64,000 nt of DNA, taken from positions 35,767-99,766 of the forward strand of contig NZ_JBELKF010000003.1 in the NCBI RefSeq assembly GCF_042089775.1, given 5' to 3'. This document shows, one piece after another, positions 38,380-47,478 of the stretch. This DNA comes from Palleronia sp. (GTDB taxonomy: Bacteria > Pseudomonadota > Alphaproteobacteria > Rhodobacterales > Rhodobacteraceae). The notes beneath the pieces are model-generated. The model did no database searches, was not told where the DNA came from, and worked only from the letters and a program-made list of their open reading frames with translations. The number at the start of each line of letters is the position of its first letter. Positions within the stretch are counted from its first letter, which is position 1. The translations under genes and the position numbers were made by a program.

Positions 38380-39954
38380 CTAGTAACCCAGGGCGCACCC
38401 GTCCTTGCGCGGGTCCGATCCGCCTTCGAGCACACCATCCTCGCGCATCAGGATCGCCTGCGCCCCGCCAAGCGCCGTCTCCGGCACCTCGACCCGGTGC
38501 CCGCGCGCCGCAAGGTCCTGGCGCACGCTTTCGCCGTAGCCCCGCTCGACATTCAGGATGCCCTGGTCGGAAAAGCTGCGCGGCGCGTCGATGGCGGCCT
38601 GCGGAGTCATCCCGTAATCGGCGACATTCGTCAGGAACCGCGCGTGGCCGTTGGGCTGATAGGCGCCGCCCATCACGCCGAAGGGCATGGCAAGGCGGCT
38701 CTTGTGGCGGATCATGCCCGGGATGATCGTGTGCATCGGCCGCTTGCCCGGCGCTGCCTCGTTTGCGTGCCCGCGCTCGAGGCTGAAGCCCGCGCCGCGG
38801 TTCTGGAACAGGATGCCGAACTTGTCCGAGGCGATCCCCGAGCCGAACCCGTGGAAGATGGAGTAGATCAGCGACACCGCCATGCGGTCGCGATCGACCA
38901 CGGTGATGTAGATCGTGTCCTTGTGGACCGCTCCGCTCGCCGCGCGGGCGTCGGGCATGGCGCGGTCGGGATCGATCAGGTCGGCCAGCGCCTTCGCCGT
39001 GTCCATCGACAGCATGTGGTCCAGCTTCGTGACATGCTCCGGATCGGCGAGGAAGCGGTTGCGGGCATCGTAGGCCAGCTTCGCGGCCTCGGCTTCGAGG
39101 TGGGCGCGCTCGGCCCCGAACGGGTCCAGCGACGACAGGTCGAACTGCCCGAGGATATGCGCCAGCAGGATCGCCGTCGCACCCTGGCCGTTGGGCGGAT
39201 GCTCGACCAGCTCGAACTCGCCATAGCTGCCGGTCAGGGGGGTGCCGTAACTCGCTTCGACCGCCGCGAAATCGTCGAGCGTGTGGCTGCCCCCGGCAGC
39301 ACGGAGGCTGTTGACCATGTCCTCGGCCACTTCGCCCTCGTAGAACCCCGCGCGCCCGTCCATCGCGATGCGGCGCAGCACCTCGGCCTGTTGCGGGGCG
39401 CGGAACATCGTGCCGGGCTTGGGGGCGGCGTCGCCGGCCAGGTAGAACTCGCGCGCCTTTCCGGTAAGGGTCTTCGCGTCGTTCGCCCAGTCGAAGGCCA
39501 CGCGGTCGGCAACGGGAATGCCGGCCTCGGCATAGTGGATCGCGGGCGCGAGCGCGGTGGCAAGCCCCGCGCGACCGTGGTCGGCCGAAAGGCGGCAGAA
39601 GGCGTCGATCGCGCCCGGCACCGTCACCGCATGGGCGTGCCCCAGCGGCATGGCGGCATGGCCGTCGCCCCGGATCGCCTCGGCATCCAGCGCGGCGGGC
39701 GCACGGCCCGATCCGTTCAGGGCAAGGACCTCTCCGTCCGGTTTCGCGATCAGGGCGAAACAGTCGCCACCGATCCCGGTCATCTGCGGCTCGGCGATCC
39801 CGAGCAGCACCGCGCCGGCAATGGCCGCGTCCACGGCATTCCCGCCTGCCTCGAGGATCTGGATCGCCACCTTGGCGGCCAATGGGTGCGACGTGGCGCA
39901 CATCCCGTTCTCGGCATAGACGGGCGAACGCCCCGGCAGGTGAAAGTCGCGCAT
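38380..39954 (-). CDS. ggt: gamma-glutamyltransferase
   Basis: Track ORF 38380..40464, with the true start at MRDFHLPGRSP (39954) and GGGAGGA 7 nt upstream. It carries GGNAVDAAIA, the autoprocessing context HKDTIYITVVD, and MGGAYQPNGH. Confidence 0.9.
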   Translation of the reverse strand: MRDFHLPGRSPVYAENGMCATSHPLAAKVAIQILEAGGNAVDAAIAGAVLLGIAEPQMTGIGGDCFALIAKPDGEVLALNGSGRAPAALDAEAIRGDGHAAMPLGHAHAVTVPGAIDAFCRLSADHGRAGLATALAPAIHYAEAGIPVADRVAFDWANDAKTLTGKAREFYLAGDAAPKPGTMFRAPQQAEVLRRIAMDGRAGFYEGEVAEDMVNSLRAAGGSHTLDDFAAVEASYGTPLTGSYGEFELVEHPPNGQGATAILLAHILGQFDLSSLDPFGAERAHLEAEAAKLAYDARNRFLADPEHVTKLDHMLSMDTAKALADLIDPDRAMPDARAASGAVHKDTIYITVVDRDRMAVSLIYSIFHGFGSGIASDKFGILFQNRGAGFSLERGHANEAAPGKRPMHTIIPGMIRHKSRLAMPFGVMGGAYQPNGHARFLTNVADYGMTPQAAIDAPRSFSDQGILNVERGYGESVRQDLAARGHRVEVPETALGGAQAILMREDGVLEGGSDPRKDGCALGY

Positions 39955-40013
39955 CGTGAATCCTCCCTCGCGGCGCCACGCTATGCGCAGGACGCGCGGA
40001 AGGGAAGGCGGCC

Positions 40014-40493
40014 TCAGCGCCCCGTGTCGTGCAGCCGGAACGCAATGCTGAGGTTGTTGCGCCCCCTTTCGCGGACGTAGCTGACCTCGTCCGTCATGGC
40101 GCGGATGATGCACCAGCCGAAACCGCCCTCGGGCATCCCGGCCGGGTTGGGCGGAGCGGGATCGGGGGCGACCTCGCCGGGCATCGGCCGCCCCGCATCG
40201 ATGATCTGCGCGCGGATGGCGCTGGCCTCGCAGATCAGGCGAATCTCGATCAGGCCGTTGAGGTTGTCGGCATAAGCGTGCTCGACCACGTTGTTGAGAA
40301 TTTCGGCCATGACCTGTTGCGCGGTCTGGAGGTCGGCTTCGCTGATCCCGAAGTCGCGCAGGCCCTCGGTCATGATGTGCAGCGCTTCGCGCGTGGCTGC
40401 ACCGCAGCCCCGGTAGAGGACGCGCAGCTCTTGGCAGCCGTCCTCGCGCACGACCTCTTCGCATCGGATCTGCGGGAACGTTTCAGCCGACAT
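40014..40493 (-). CDS. anti-sigma regulatory factor-type Ser/Thr protein kinase (RsbW/SpoIIAB-like HATPase)
   Basis: Track ORF 40014..40493. The N-box is EILNNVVEHAY and the G-box is PEGGFGWCIIRAMTD. Confidence 0.8.
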   Translation of the reverse strand: MSAETFPQIRCEEVVREDGCQELRVLYRGCGAATREALHIMTEGLRDFGISEADLQTAQQVMAEILNNVVEHAYADNLNGLIEIRLICEASAIRAQIIDAGRPMPGEVAPDPAPPNPAGMPEGGFGWCIIRAMTDEVSYVRERGRNNLSIAFRLHDTGR

Positions 40494-40830
40494 GATGCGT
40501 GTCGACGAGCCCCCTGCCGGGAACCGCAGAGTGGATGGTGAAGACGCGATCCATATGTGTCAGCGCGAAAACCTTGCCCACCATCGGGTTCAGATTGGCA
40601 AGCTCGAAACGGCGGTCGGGGCCAAGCAGCTTCATCGCGGCGACCACCGCGCCAAGGCCCGACGAGTCGAGGAACGTCACCCGGCTGAGGTCCAGGATCA
40701 CCCGTTCCGGCGCACCGGGGGCGAGGTCGCGGATCGCGTCCTTGAACCGCACGGTTGCCGCCGCGTCGAGCCTGGGGTCGAGCGGCCGGACCACGAGCAT
40801 CCCTTCGATGACGCAGGTTTCGATGTTCAT
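40483..40830 (-). CDS. STAS-domain anti-sigma-factor antagonist
   Basis: Internal ATG of track ORF 40483..40857. VILDLSRVTFLDSSGLGAVV contains the phosphorylatable Ser context (DSSG). It overlaps the kinase gene by 11 nt. Confidence 0.85.
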   Translation of the reverse strand: MNIETCVIEGMLVVRPLDPRLDAAATVRFKDAIRDLAPGAPERVILDLSRVTFLDSSGLGAVVAAMKLLGPDRRFELANLNPMVGKVFALTHMDRVFTIHSAVPGRGLVDTHHVG

Positions 40831-40920
40831 CCGGTCCCGACTTCTGCAGCTCCGCACGTGGTCAATCCTGCACGAGTCATGCTAACGGAGCCTTAAAGTG
40901 AAACGGTTCCGAGGCCCCCG

Positions 40921-41373
40921 ATGCTGGACTACGACGCACTTGCCGCCCGCGTGGCGAGCTTGACCGAGGGAGAGGACGACCAGGTGGCGCTGATGGCCAC
41001 GCTGGCCTGCGAGGTCCATCACACCGACGACCGTTTCGACTGGACGGGCTTCTACCGCGTCGTCGCGCCGGGCCTGTTGAAGATCGGTCCCTACCAAGGC
41101 GGGCACGGCTGCCTCGTCATCCCGTTCGACCGGGGCGTCTGCGGCGCTGCGGCCCGCACCGGCGAGGTGCAGCTTGTTCCCGATGTCGACGCCTTTCCCG
41201 GCCACATCGCCTGCGCCTCTTCGACCCGCAGCGAGCTGGTCCTGCCCGTGCGCAACGCGGCGGGCGAGGTCATCGCCGTGTTCGACATCGACAGCGACCG
41301 CCCCGATGCCTTCACCGAAACGGATGCCGAGGCGCTGGCCGGGATCCTGGATGCCACCTTTGCCCGCACCTGA
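40921..41373 (+). CDS. GAF-domain protein (free methionine-R-sulfoxide reductase / YebR-like)
   Basis: Track ORF 40921..41373. It carries WTGFYRV, GPYQGGHGCLVIPFDRGVCGAAA and FPGHIACASSTRSELVLPV. Confidence 0.8.
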   Translation: MLDYDALAARVASLTEGEDDQVALMATLACEVHHTDDRFDWTGFYRVVAPGLLKIGPYQGGHGCLVIPFDRGVCGAAARTGEVQLVPDVDAFPGHIACASSTRSELVLPVRNAAGEVIAVFDIDSDRPDAFTETDAEALAGILDATFART

Positions 41374-42010
41374 CTACGACCCGCCCACCGACCCGCTGGA
41401 CCTGCTGCACGTCGACGATGACCTGCTGGCAGTGGTCAAGCCCGACAGGCTGCTGTCGGTGCCGGGGAAGGGGCCGGCGCTGGCGGATTGCCTGATAGCG
41501 CGCCTTCAGGCAGCGTATCCCGACGTCCTTCTCGTCCACCGGCTCGACCGGGACACGTCGGGCGTGATGATCTTTGCGAGAAACGCCAAAGCACAGCGGC
41601 ATCTTGGCCTGCAGTTCGAAAAGCGGCACACGAAAAAGCGCTATGTCGCCCGCGTCGCCGGGCGGATGGAAGGTGACGGCGGACGGGTGGACCTGCCGCT
41701 GATCGTCGACTGGCCCAACCGCCCCCGCCAGCGCATCGACCACGACCAAGGCCGCGCGGCCCAGACTGACTGGCAGGTCATCGACCGGACCGAGGACGAG
41801 ACGCGCGTAGCGCTGACGCCGATCACCGGCCGCTCGCATCAGCTGCGGGTGCATATGCTGAGCCTCGGCCACCCGATCCTGGGCGACACCCTCTACGCCG
41901 AAGGTGCCGCGCAGGCGCATCCGCGGATGATGCTGCACGCTGAACTGCTGGAGCTGCGGCACCCGACCGGCGGGCGCTGGATGCGGTTCCAGGCGCCGGC
42001 GCCGTTCTAG
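41351..42010 (+). CDS. RluA-family pseudouridine synthase
   Basis: Internal ATG of track ORF 41174..42010. It carries the catalytic HRLDRDTSGVMIFA, GRSHQLRVHM and HPILGDTLY. The 5' end overlaps the GAF gene by 23 nt, so the exact start is uncertain. Confidence 0.8.
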   Translation: MPPLPAPDYDPPTDPLDLLHVDDDLLAVVKPDRLLSVPGKGPALADCLIARLQAAYPDVLLVHRLDRDTSGVMIFARNAKAQRHLGLQFEKRHTKKRYVARVAGRMEGDGGRVDLPLIVDWPNRPRQRIDHDQGRAAQTDWQVIDRTEDETRVALTPITGRSHQLRVHMLSLGHPILGDTLYAEGAAQAHPRMMLHAELLELRHPTGGRWMRFQAPAPF

Positions 42011-43227
42011 CTCGCGGCGCTGCGCCTCATCGGCGAGGACTCCGACACCGCCGGACGCTCGGATGGCTTGGGCGCGCGCAGGCGGTTCTTGGTCCAGGCG
42101 GCGGCCCAGCACAGGGCCGTGGCGGCGGGGGGCAGGACCCAGGGCAGCCAGGGAGTCGCGGGCTCCACATCCATCAGGATCTGACCGACCAGCATCAGGA
42201 CCGTGCCGAAGGCAAAGACCAGAAGCCCCTGTTGACCCATCGTCCGCAGGGGTGTCACGGCCGGGTGCGCGGCAAGCGTGCGGATGGCGGGAAGGCAGGA
42301 CAGCACATAGGCCAGTGCCAGGACGTGGACGAGGCGTGGCAGGCCAAGCCATGTCTTCGTGTGGGCCACGATGTGCCCCGGCGCCCCAAGCGCGCCTAGC
42401 TGCGCCATCTTGTGGTTCATGTAGGTCCCCAGCTCGGGCACGTGCCGCCACGCGAAGATGAAGACGACCAGCCCCAGGGCCGCAGCAAAGAGGGGGCGGC
42501 TCTGCGGTACAAGGCGCTCGCCCTTGCGGTGGCGGATGCCGATCAGGAGGCCGATGGTGAAGATCAGCTGCCACGACGTCGGCGAAAAGAACCACCCGCC
42601 GCCGCCGGGGTGGTTCGGGATGTTGAGCCGCCACAGACCGCTGACATGCCACAGGACCGCCGAGGCGGCCAAAGTCGCCAGCGGCCACCGCAGACCCGCG
42701 GCGACGATGGCGGGGGCGGCGATCATCAGGACGATATACGTCGGCAGGATGTTCACGTAGCCGATCTGGTAGCCCAGCGTCGGAATCCCGGCCAGCGCCT
42801 CGCCCGTCTCGCTGTAGATCCGGGCGAGGTTGTGCATTTCGCGGAACCGCGGCTCCAGGAAGACGTCGGCGGCCCAGGCGAAGAGGCCGATCGCGATGAC
42901 GGTCAGCAGGATCTGCACCAGGTACAGCGTCCAGGCGCGCGCCCACATGGGCGAGATTGCCGCCCAGATGCCGCCGTCGCCGCGCAGCCAGCGTTCGACC
43001 GCGGGAGAATAGGCGATGCCGGCGGCGATGCCGGACATGAGGAAGAACGCCTCGGCCGCGTCGGAAAAACCCCATTCGCGGACCGTCAGCCACTCCCACG
43101 GGTTGCCCGGCATGTGGGTGACGATGATCATCACCAGCGCGAGACCCCGGAAGGCGTCGATGCGCGGGTCCCGACGCGAGACGCGCGCTGCGGTGCCCGG
43201 AAGGGGCACGACCTTGTTCTCAGGCAA
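42007..43227 (-). CDS. opgC: OpgC family protein (OPG succinylation acyltransferase-like membrane protein)
   Basis: Track ORF 42007..43377. I prefer the TTG at 43227, which has AAGGAGG 6 nt upstream and overlaps the opgH stop. It carries RIDAFRGLALVMIIVTHMPGN and is polytopic. Confidence 0.8.
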   Translation of the reverse strand: MPENKVVPLPGTAARVSRRDPRIDAFRGLALVMIIVTHMPGNPWEWLTVREWGFSDAAEAFFLMSGIAAGIAYSPAVERWLRGDGGIWAAISPMWARAWTLYLVQILLTVIAIGLFAWAADVFLEPRFREMHNLARIYSETGEALAGIPTLGYQIGYVNILPTYIVLMIAAPAIVAAGLRWPLATLAASAVLWHVSGLWRLNIPNHPGGGGWFFSPTSWQLIFTIGLLIGIRHRKGERLVPQSRPLFAAALGLVVFIFAWRHVPELGTYMNHKMAQLGALGAPGHIVAHTKTWLGLPRLVHVLALAYVLSCLPAIRTLAAHPAVTPLRTMGQQGLLVFAFGTVLMLVGQILMDVEPATPWLPWVLPPAATALCWAAAWTKNRLRAPKPSERPAVSESSPMRRSAAS

Positions 43228-45001
43228 CGTGTGCCTCCTTGTCGGCGGGGAGCGCGGCCGCCCGGGGGGCCGGTTCCGCGCCGAGTGCGGCCCGATAGGC
43301 CGCGATGACGGGCGAGGGGGCGACCTCGTCCGGAACGGTGAACACGCCACCCGGAGCGGCCCGCGACGTCGTGGCAATCAGCAGCGGCGCGGCGATCATC
43401 GGCAGGGTCACGGGCAGCAGCCAGAACAGCAGGTCCCGCCCCAGCCATGCCACGGTGCAAAGCGCGGCGAGGCCGGTCAGGCTGATCCACCCGGCGGCGG
43501 TGCGTCCCTCGGCAAAGCTCAGCCGGCCTTCGCCGCGCATGGTGGCGGGCCAGCCGCCATCCTTGCCCGACAGCACCTCGATCACCGCACGGCTCTGGTA
43601 CATCAGCATGATCGGCGCGATCAGCGAGGACAGCAGCGTCTCGGCCAGGACCGAGAGCACCGCGCGGGCCGATCCGCCGAAGCCGCGCGTGCGGCCAGAC
43701 CCGATCGCCGCGGCGAGGATGCCGAACTTGGGCAGCAGCAGAAGCCCCCCGATGCCGATCGCCAGCGCCACGATCTCGCGCATGTGGCGGTCGGGGAAGA
43801 CGGGAAAGAGCTGGTGCGGTTCCGGGAAATAGTTAGGCGGCGGCGCCGCGACGAGCGCGGCCATCGACGACAGCAGGAAGCCCGCCCAGAACAGCGGCAC
43901 GATGTAGGACGCGATGCCCTGCACGAAGACAAAGCGGCTCCACGCGGTCAGGCCGGGTGCGCCGACGATGCGCATGTGTTGCAGGTTGCCCTGGCACCAG
44001 CGGCGGTCGCGGCGGGCATAGGCCACGAGGTTGTCCGGCCCTTCCTCGAACGAGCCGGGGATGGTCGGGTCCATGTCGACGCGCCAGCCGTTGCGGGCCA
44101 GCAGCGCGGCCTCGACGTAGTCGTGGCTGAGGATCGTGCCGCCGAAGGGCGGCGGGCCTGACAGCTCGGGCAGCGCGCAGGAAGAGGCCAGCGCCTTCAC
44201 GCGAACGATGGCGTTGTGGCCCCAGAACGGCCCGGTCGGCCCCTGCATCCGTTGCAGTCCGCGCGCGAAAACCGGGGAGTAGAAGCCGGCCGCGAACTGC
44301 ATGGCGCGGCCGAACCACGAGGTCGCGCCGATGATCTTGGGCAGGGTCTGCAGAAGTCCGGCGTCGGGCGCCGCCTGCATCCGCGCGATCAGGTGGCCGA
44401 TCGTCTCGCCCTCCATCAGGCTGTCGGCGTCCAGGATCACGGCAAACTCGTAGGCGCCGCCCGAGGTGCGGATGAAATCCTCGATATTGCCGGCCTTGCG
44501 GGCCCAGTTGTCGGTCCGGTTGCGGTAGTAGACGCGCAGACGGTCGGGCCGCTGGACGCAAAGCGGCGCAAACGCCTGCCGCTCGCGGATCAGCGCCTCG
44601 CCGTCGCGGGTGTCGGACAGCACCGCGAAATCCACGCGCACGCCGGCGACCCGGCACGACCCCTCCATCGCGGTCAGGCGAGCGGCGGCGGCACGGGCGT
44701 CTTCGTTGCAGATCGGCAGGAGGACAACGGTGGGGGCGGTGGGGCGCGGAAGATTGCCGGTGACGTGCGCCCGCTTGGGAACGAGGCCCACCAGCGACTG
44801 CGCGGCCCCCCACGCCAGCCAGAGCGTCGTGAAGAAGATCAACACCACGCAGGCAAGATTCCACGTGCCCAGCCCGGTCGCGAAGGCGGCTTCGGCCATC
44901 AGCGCCGTGGCCGCCACGCCCGACAGCAAGGTGAAGCCGAGCGCCGCCGCGCGCCACGCCGTGGTGCGACGGTCGGCGCACAGCCGAGCGTGATCACGCA
45001 T
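43220..45001 (-). CDS. opgH: glucans biosynthesis glucosyltransferase H
   Basis: Track ORF 43220..45001. It has GT2 motifs (VLLPICNED, ILDADSLM, RRDRRWCQGNLQH) flanked by TM segments. Confidence 0.9.
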   Translation of the reverse strand: MRDHARLCADRRTTAWRAAALGFTLLSGVAATALMAEAAFATGLGTWNLACVVLIFFTTLWLAWGAAQSLVGLVPKRAHVTGNLPRPTAPTVVLLPICNEDARAAAARLTAMEGSCRVAGVRVDFAVLSDTRDGEALIRERQAFAPLCVQRPDRLRVYYRNRTDNWARKAGNIEDFIRTSGGAYEFAVILDADSLMEGETIGHLIARMQAAPDAGLLQTLPKIIGATSWFGRAMQFAAGFYSPVFARGLQRMQGPTGPFWGHNAIVRVKALASSCALPELSGPPPFGGTILSHDYVEAALLARNGWRVDMDPTIPGSFEEGPDNLVAYARRDRRWCQGNLQHMRIVGAPGLTAWSRFVFVQGIASYIVPLFWAGFLLSSMAALVAAPPPNYFPEPHQLFPVFPDRHMREIVALAIGIGGLLLLPKFGILAAAIGSGRTRGFGGSARAVLSVLAETLLSSLIAPIMLMYQSRAVIEVLSGKDGGWPATMRGEGRLSFAEGRTAAGWISLTGLAALCTVAWLGRDLLFWLLPVTLPMIAAPLLIATTSRAAPGGVFTVPDEVAPSPVIAAYRAALGAEPAPRAAALPADKEAHVA

Positions 45002-45149
45002 TGCGCGCGATCAACAGGCGGAAAAGGGCACTCAGCATCCCTTCGCGCCGATCCCTTTCAAGGACCTGGCGGGGCATGGCGAGGGGCGCGTAGGGCGGAG
45101 CCGTGTCGATACGATCCGGTTCGGTGGGGATGTTCAGATCTTCGTCCAT
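44994..45149 (-). CDS. opgI: small OpgI-like protein (51 aa)
   Basis: Hand translation (MDEDLNIPTEPDRIDTAPPYAPLAMPRQVLERDRREGMLSALFRLLIARNA). It occupies the position of opgI in the R. sphaeroides opgGIHC operon and overlaps opgG by 16 nt and opgH by 8 nt. Confidence 0.5.
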   Translation of the reverse strand: MDEDLNIPTEPDRIDTAPPYAPLAMPRQVLERDRREGMLSALFRLLIARNA

Positions 45150-46723
45150 TGGTACAACCAAGTTTCGCTCAAGCGGCGATCGTCCTGCGCAAGATGTGCC
45201 TTGATCTCGGCCACGGCACCCGCGTCCGCCTCGACCTCGAGGACAAGGCGCCAGATGCGGTGCTCGTCCAGGAACTCGAGAACGTCCTCCGCGATTACGC
45301 CGTTGACCGCGGAGATCTCGGCTGAAACCGGGCGGTCTTCTTCCGGTTCCCCGATATCGGACCCATCGAAATCGATGACGAATTTCTGCCGATCGGCAAG
45401 CGGATCGACGCCCGCCGCGCCGCCGTATCCGGCCAATGTGCGCAAGATCCGGGCAGGTTTGGTCTCGGGTTCGAGAGGGGCGGCACCCCAGTGCAGGCGA
45501 TAGGCGAAGGACCGCGCGTCGCCGCCAGCGACTTCTTCCTCGGGCACCCAGAAGGCCACGATGTTGTCGTTGCTTTCCAGTTCGGTCGGGATCTCGATCA
45601 GCCGGATCGACCCGCTGCCCCAGTCGCCCAGCGGCTCGACCATCAGCGAGGGGCGCCGCTCGTAGCGGGCTTCGGCATCGAGATAGTCGTCGAACGCGCG
45701 GTGGCGCTGGACCAGCCCGAAGGCGGTCGGGTTCGACACGCCGATATACGAGTTGCCCAGTGTCTCGGGGTTGCGCAGCGGGCGGAAAAGCTCCTGCCCT
45801 TCCATGCGCACCACCAGCGCCTCGCTGTCGTGGACGCGGTGGCGATAGTCGTTGAAGTCGCTGCGGTCGTTCGGCGCGAAGAGGAACATCGAGGTCAGCG
45901 GCGCGACGCCCAGCTGCGCAACCGCCTCGCGGAAGAACAGGTGCTGGTCCACGTCGATGGTCGTCGTCTCGCCCGGTGTCACGGCAAAGCGGAAGGCCCC
46001 CGCAACCGACGGGCTTTCCAGCGCGGCATAGAACACGACGTGATCGCTGCCGGGGTCCGGACGCTCGATCCAGAACTCCGAGAACAGCGGGAATTCTTCC
46101 TCGCGCCCGATCGCGGTGTTCACCGCCAGCCCACGCGCGCTGAGGCCATAGACGTTGCCCTTCCCGAGGGCGCGGAAATAGCTCGCGCCCAGGAACGAGA
46201 CGACCTCGTCGAAGCGCTCGGGGTCGTTCAGCGGGGCGTTCAGGCGAAAGCCCGAGACGCCGGGAAGAACGGCGTCGGCGGGGAAATGATCGCCCGAGTC
46301 GCCGTGGTAGATGTAGTCGTCGCGTTCGAACAGCATCGGGCGTGCCTGACCGTCGACGACCTCGTTCAGGCGCACGACGTAATTGAACAGCCAGCCGGGG
46401 TGGTAGGCGTGCAGGACCGCGCGCGCCTCCGGTCCGGCCCAACGGGCGCGGTCGGGATCGAACTGGATCTTGCGGTAGTCATCGTAATCGAGCTCGGCCA
46501 GCGGGCCTTCCAGCGGGGCGGGCGGCACGTAGGGCTCGGTCGCGGCCTTGCGCATCCGCTCGATCAGGCCTTCGTAGCTGAACGGCGCACCCGCAAGGAT
46601 GGCCGCATCCTCCGCCCACGCCCCACGGGTGAGGCCAAGCGCTGCAAGGCTGGCGGCGCTGCAGAGCAGCATCCGCCGGGTCGGGCCCTTTGCGGGCGTC
46701 AGAGCGGTCGAATCGGTCTTCAT
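45134..46723 (-). CDS. opgG: glucans biosynthesis protein G (periplasmic, Tat signal)
   Basis: Track ORF 45134..46780. The probable start is MKTDS (46723) with a twin-arginine signal (PTRRMLLCSAASLAALG). MdoG-family sequence runs throughout. The start is uncertain. Confidence 0.9.
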   Translation of the reverse strand: MKTDSTALTPAKGPTRRMLLCSAASLAALGLTRGAWAEDAAILAGAPFSYEGLIERMRKAATEPYVPPAPLEGPLAELDYDDYRKIQFDPDRARWAGPEARAVLHAYHPGWLFNYVVRLNEVVDGQARPMLFERDDYIYHGDSGDHFPADAVLPGVSGFRLNAPLNDPERFDEVVSFLGASYFRALGKGNVYGLSARGLAVNTAIGREEEFPLFSEFWIERPDPGSDHVVFYAALESPSVAGAFRFAVTPGETTTIDVDQHLFFREAVAQLGVAPLTSMFLFAPNDRSDFNDYRHRVHDSEALVVRMEGQELFRPLRNPETLGNSYIGVSNPTAFGLVQRHRAFDDYLDAEARYERRPSLMVEPLGDWGSGSIRLIEIPTELESNDNIVAFWVPEEEVAGGDARSFAYRLHWGAAPLEPETKPARILRTLAGYGGAAGVDPLADRQKFVIDFDGSDIGEPEEDRPVSAEISAVNGVIAEDVLEFLDEHRIWRLVLEVEADAGAVAEIKAHLAQDDRRLSETWLYQWTKI

Positions 46724-46849
46724 GGCGGGGGAACTCGGGGTCGTTTTTCGCCACGAAATAGCGAAGTTCTCCGCGCGCACCAGCGGGATCGGTGGAATGT
46801 TGCCGCATTGCGGAATGAACCGGGCGGAAATGTGATCAGCAGCGGTGTC

Positions 46850-47440
46850 TCAGCACAGGAAATCGGCCACGCAGTCGATCTCGGTCTGCTGGATCTCGTG
46901 CCCGCCGGGATGCCAGGCGAGGGTGCAATCCGCCATCTGTGCCGTGAACCAGTCGGCCAGCCCCTGCGTCAGTTCGGCCGGGCAGATCGGGTCCTGCCGC
47001 CCGCCGGTCACGAGGATGCGCTTGGCCGCCAGCCCCGGCTCGGGCGCGGGGACCCAAGGGATCAGCGGGTGCATGAGCACGAGCGTGTCGAACAGCCGGG
47101 GATAGCGGATCGCCGTGGCCGCAAGGATGTTGGCGCCGTTGGAATAGCCGATGCCGGTGACATGGCTGACGCCGGTGCGGGTGATCTCGCCCCGCACGAA
47201 AAGGCCCATCTTCTCGACCCGCTGGGCCAGGTCGTCCATGTCGTAGACGCCCTCGGCCTTGCGGCGGAAGAAACGGGGCGCGTCCCCCTCGTGCACGTCG
47301 CCCTGGGGCGAGACGACATGCGCCTTGGGCAGCAGGGTCCGGGCAAGACCGTGAAGCTGGTCCGCGGTCGCCCCCGTGCCGTGGAACGTGAAGACCAGGT
47401 GATCCGCGGTCCCCACGCTTCTAATCGCGTCGTAGCCCAT
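46850..47440 (-). CDS. alpha/beta hydrolase (phospholipase/carboxylesterase family)
   Basis: Track ORF 46850..47440. It carries FHGTGA and the nucleophile elbow GIGYSNGANI. Confidence 0.8.
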   Translation of the reverse strand: MGYDAIRSVGTADHLVFTFHGTGATADQLHGLARTLLPKAHVVSPQGDVHEGDAPRFFRRKAEGVYDMDDLAQRVEKMGLFVRGEITRTGVSHVTGIGYSNGANILAATAIRYPRLFDTLVLMHPLIPWVPAPEPGLAAKRILVTGGRQDPICPAELTQGLADWFTAQMADCTLAWHPGGHEIQQTEIDCVADFLC

Positions 47441-47478
47441 GCCGGCCTCCTCCCGTTTCCGCTGCGTGACCTAGCGCC

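Noticed and set aside
37622-40045. 807-aa same-strand, off-frame ORF spanning the rhodanese gene, ggt and the antisense of hspQ.
   Set aside because: It shows off-frame GC-rich composition (runs of R, G, P, A) and has no motifs. The overlapping frames encode clearly recognisable rhodanese and GGT proteins.
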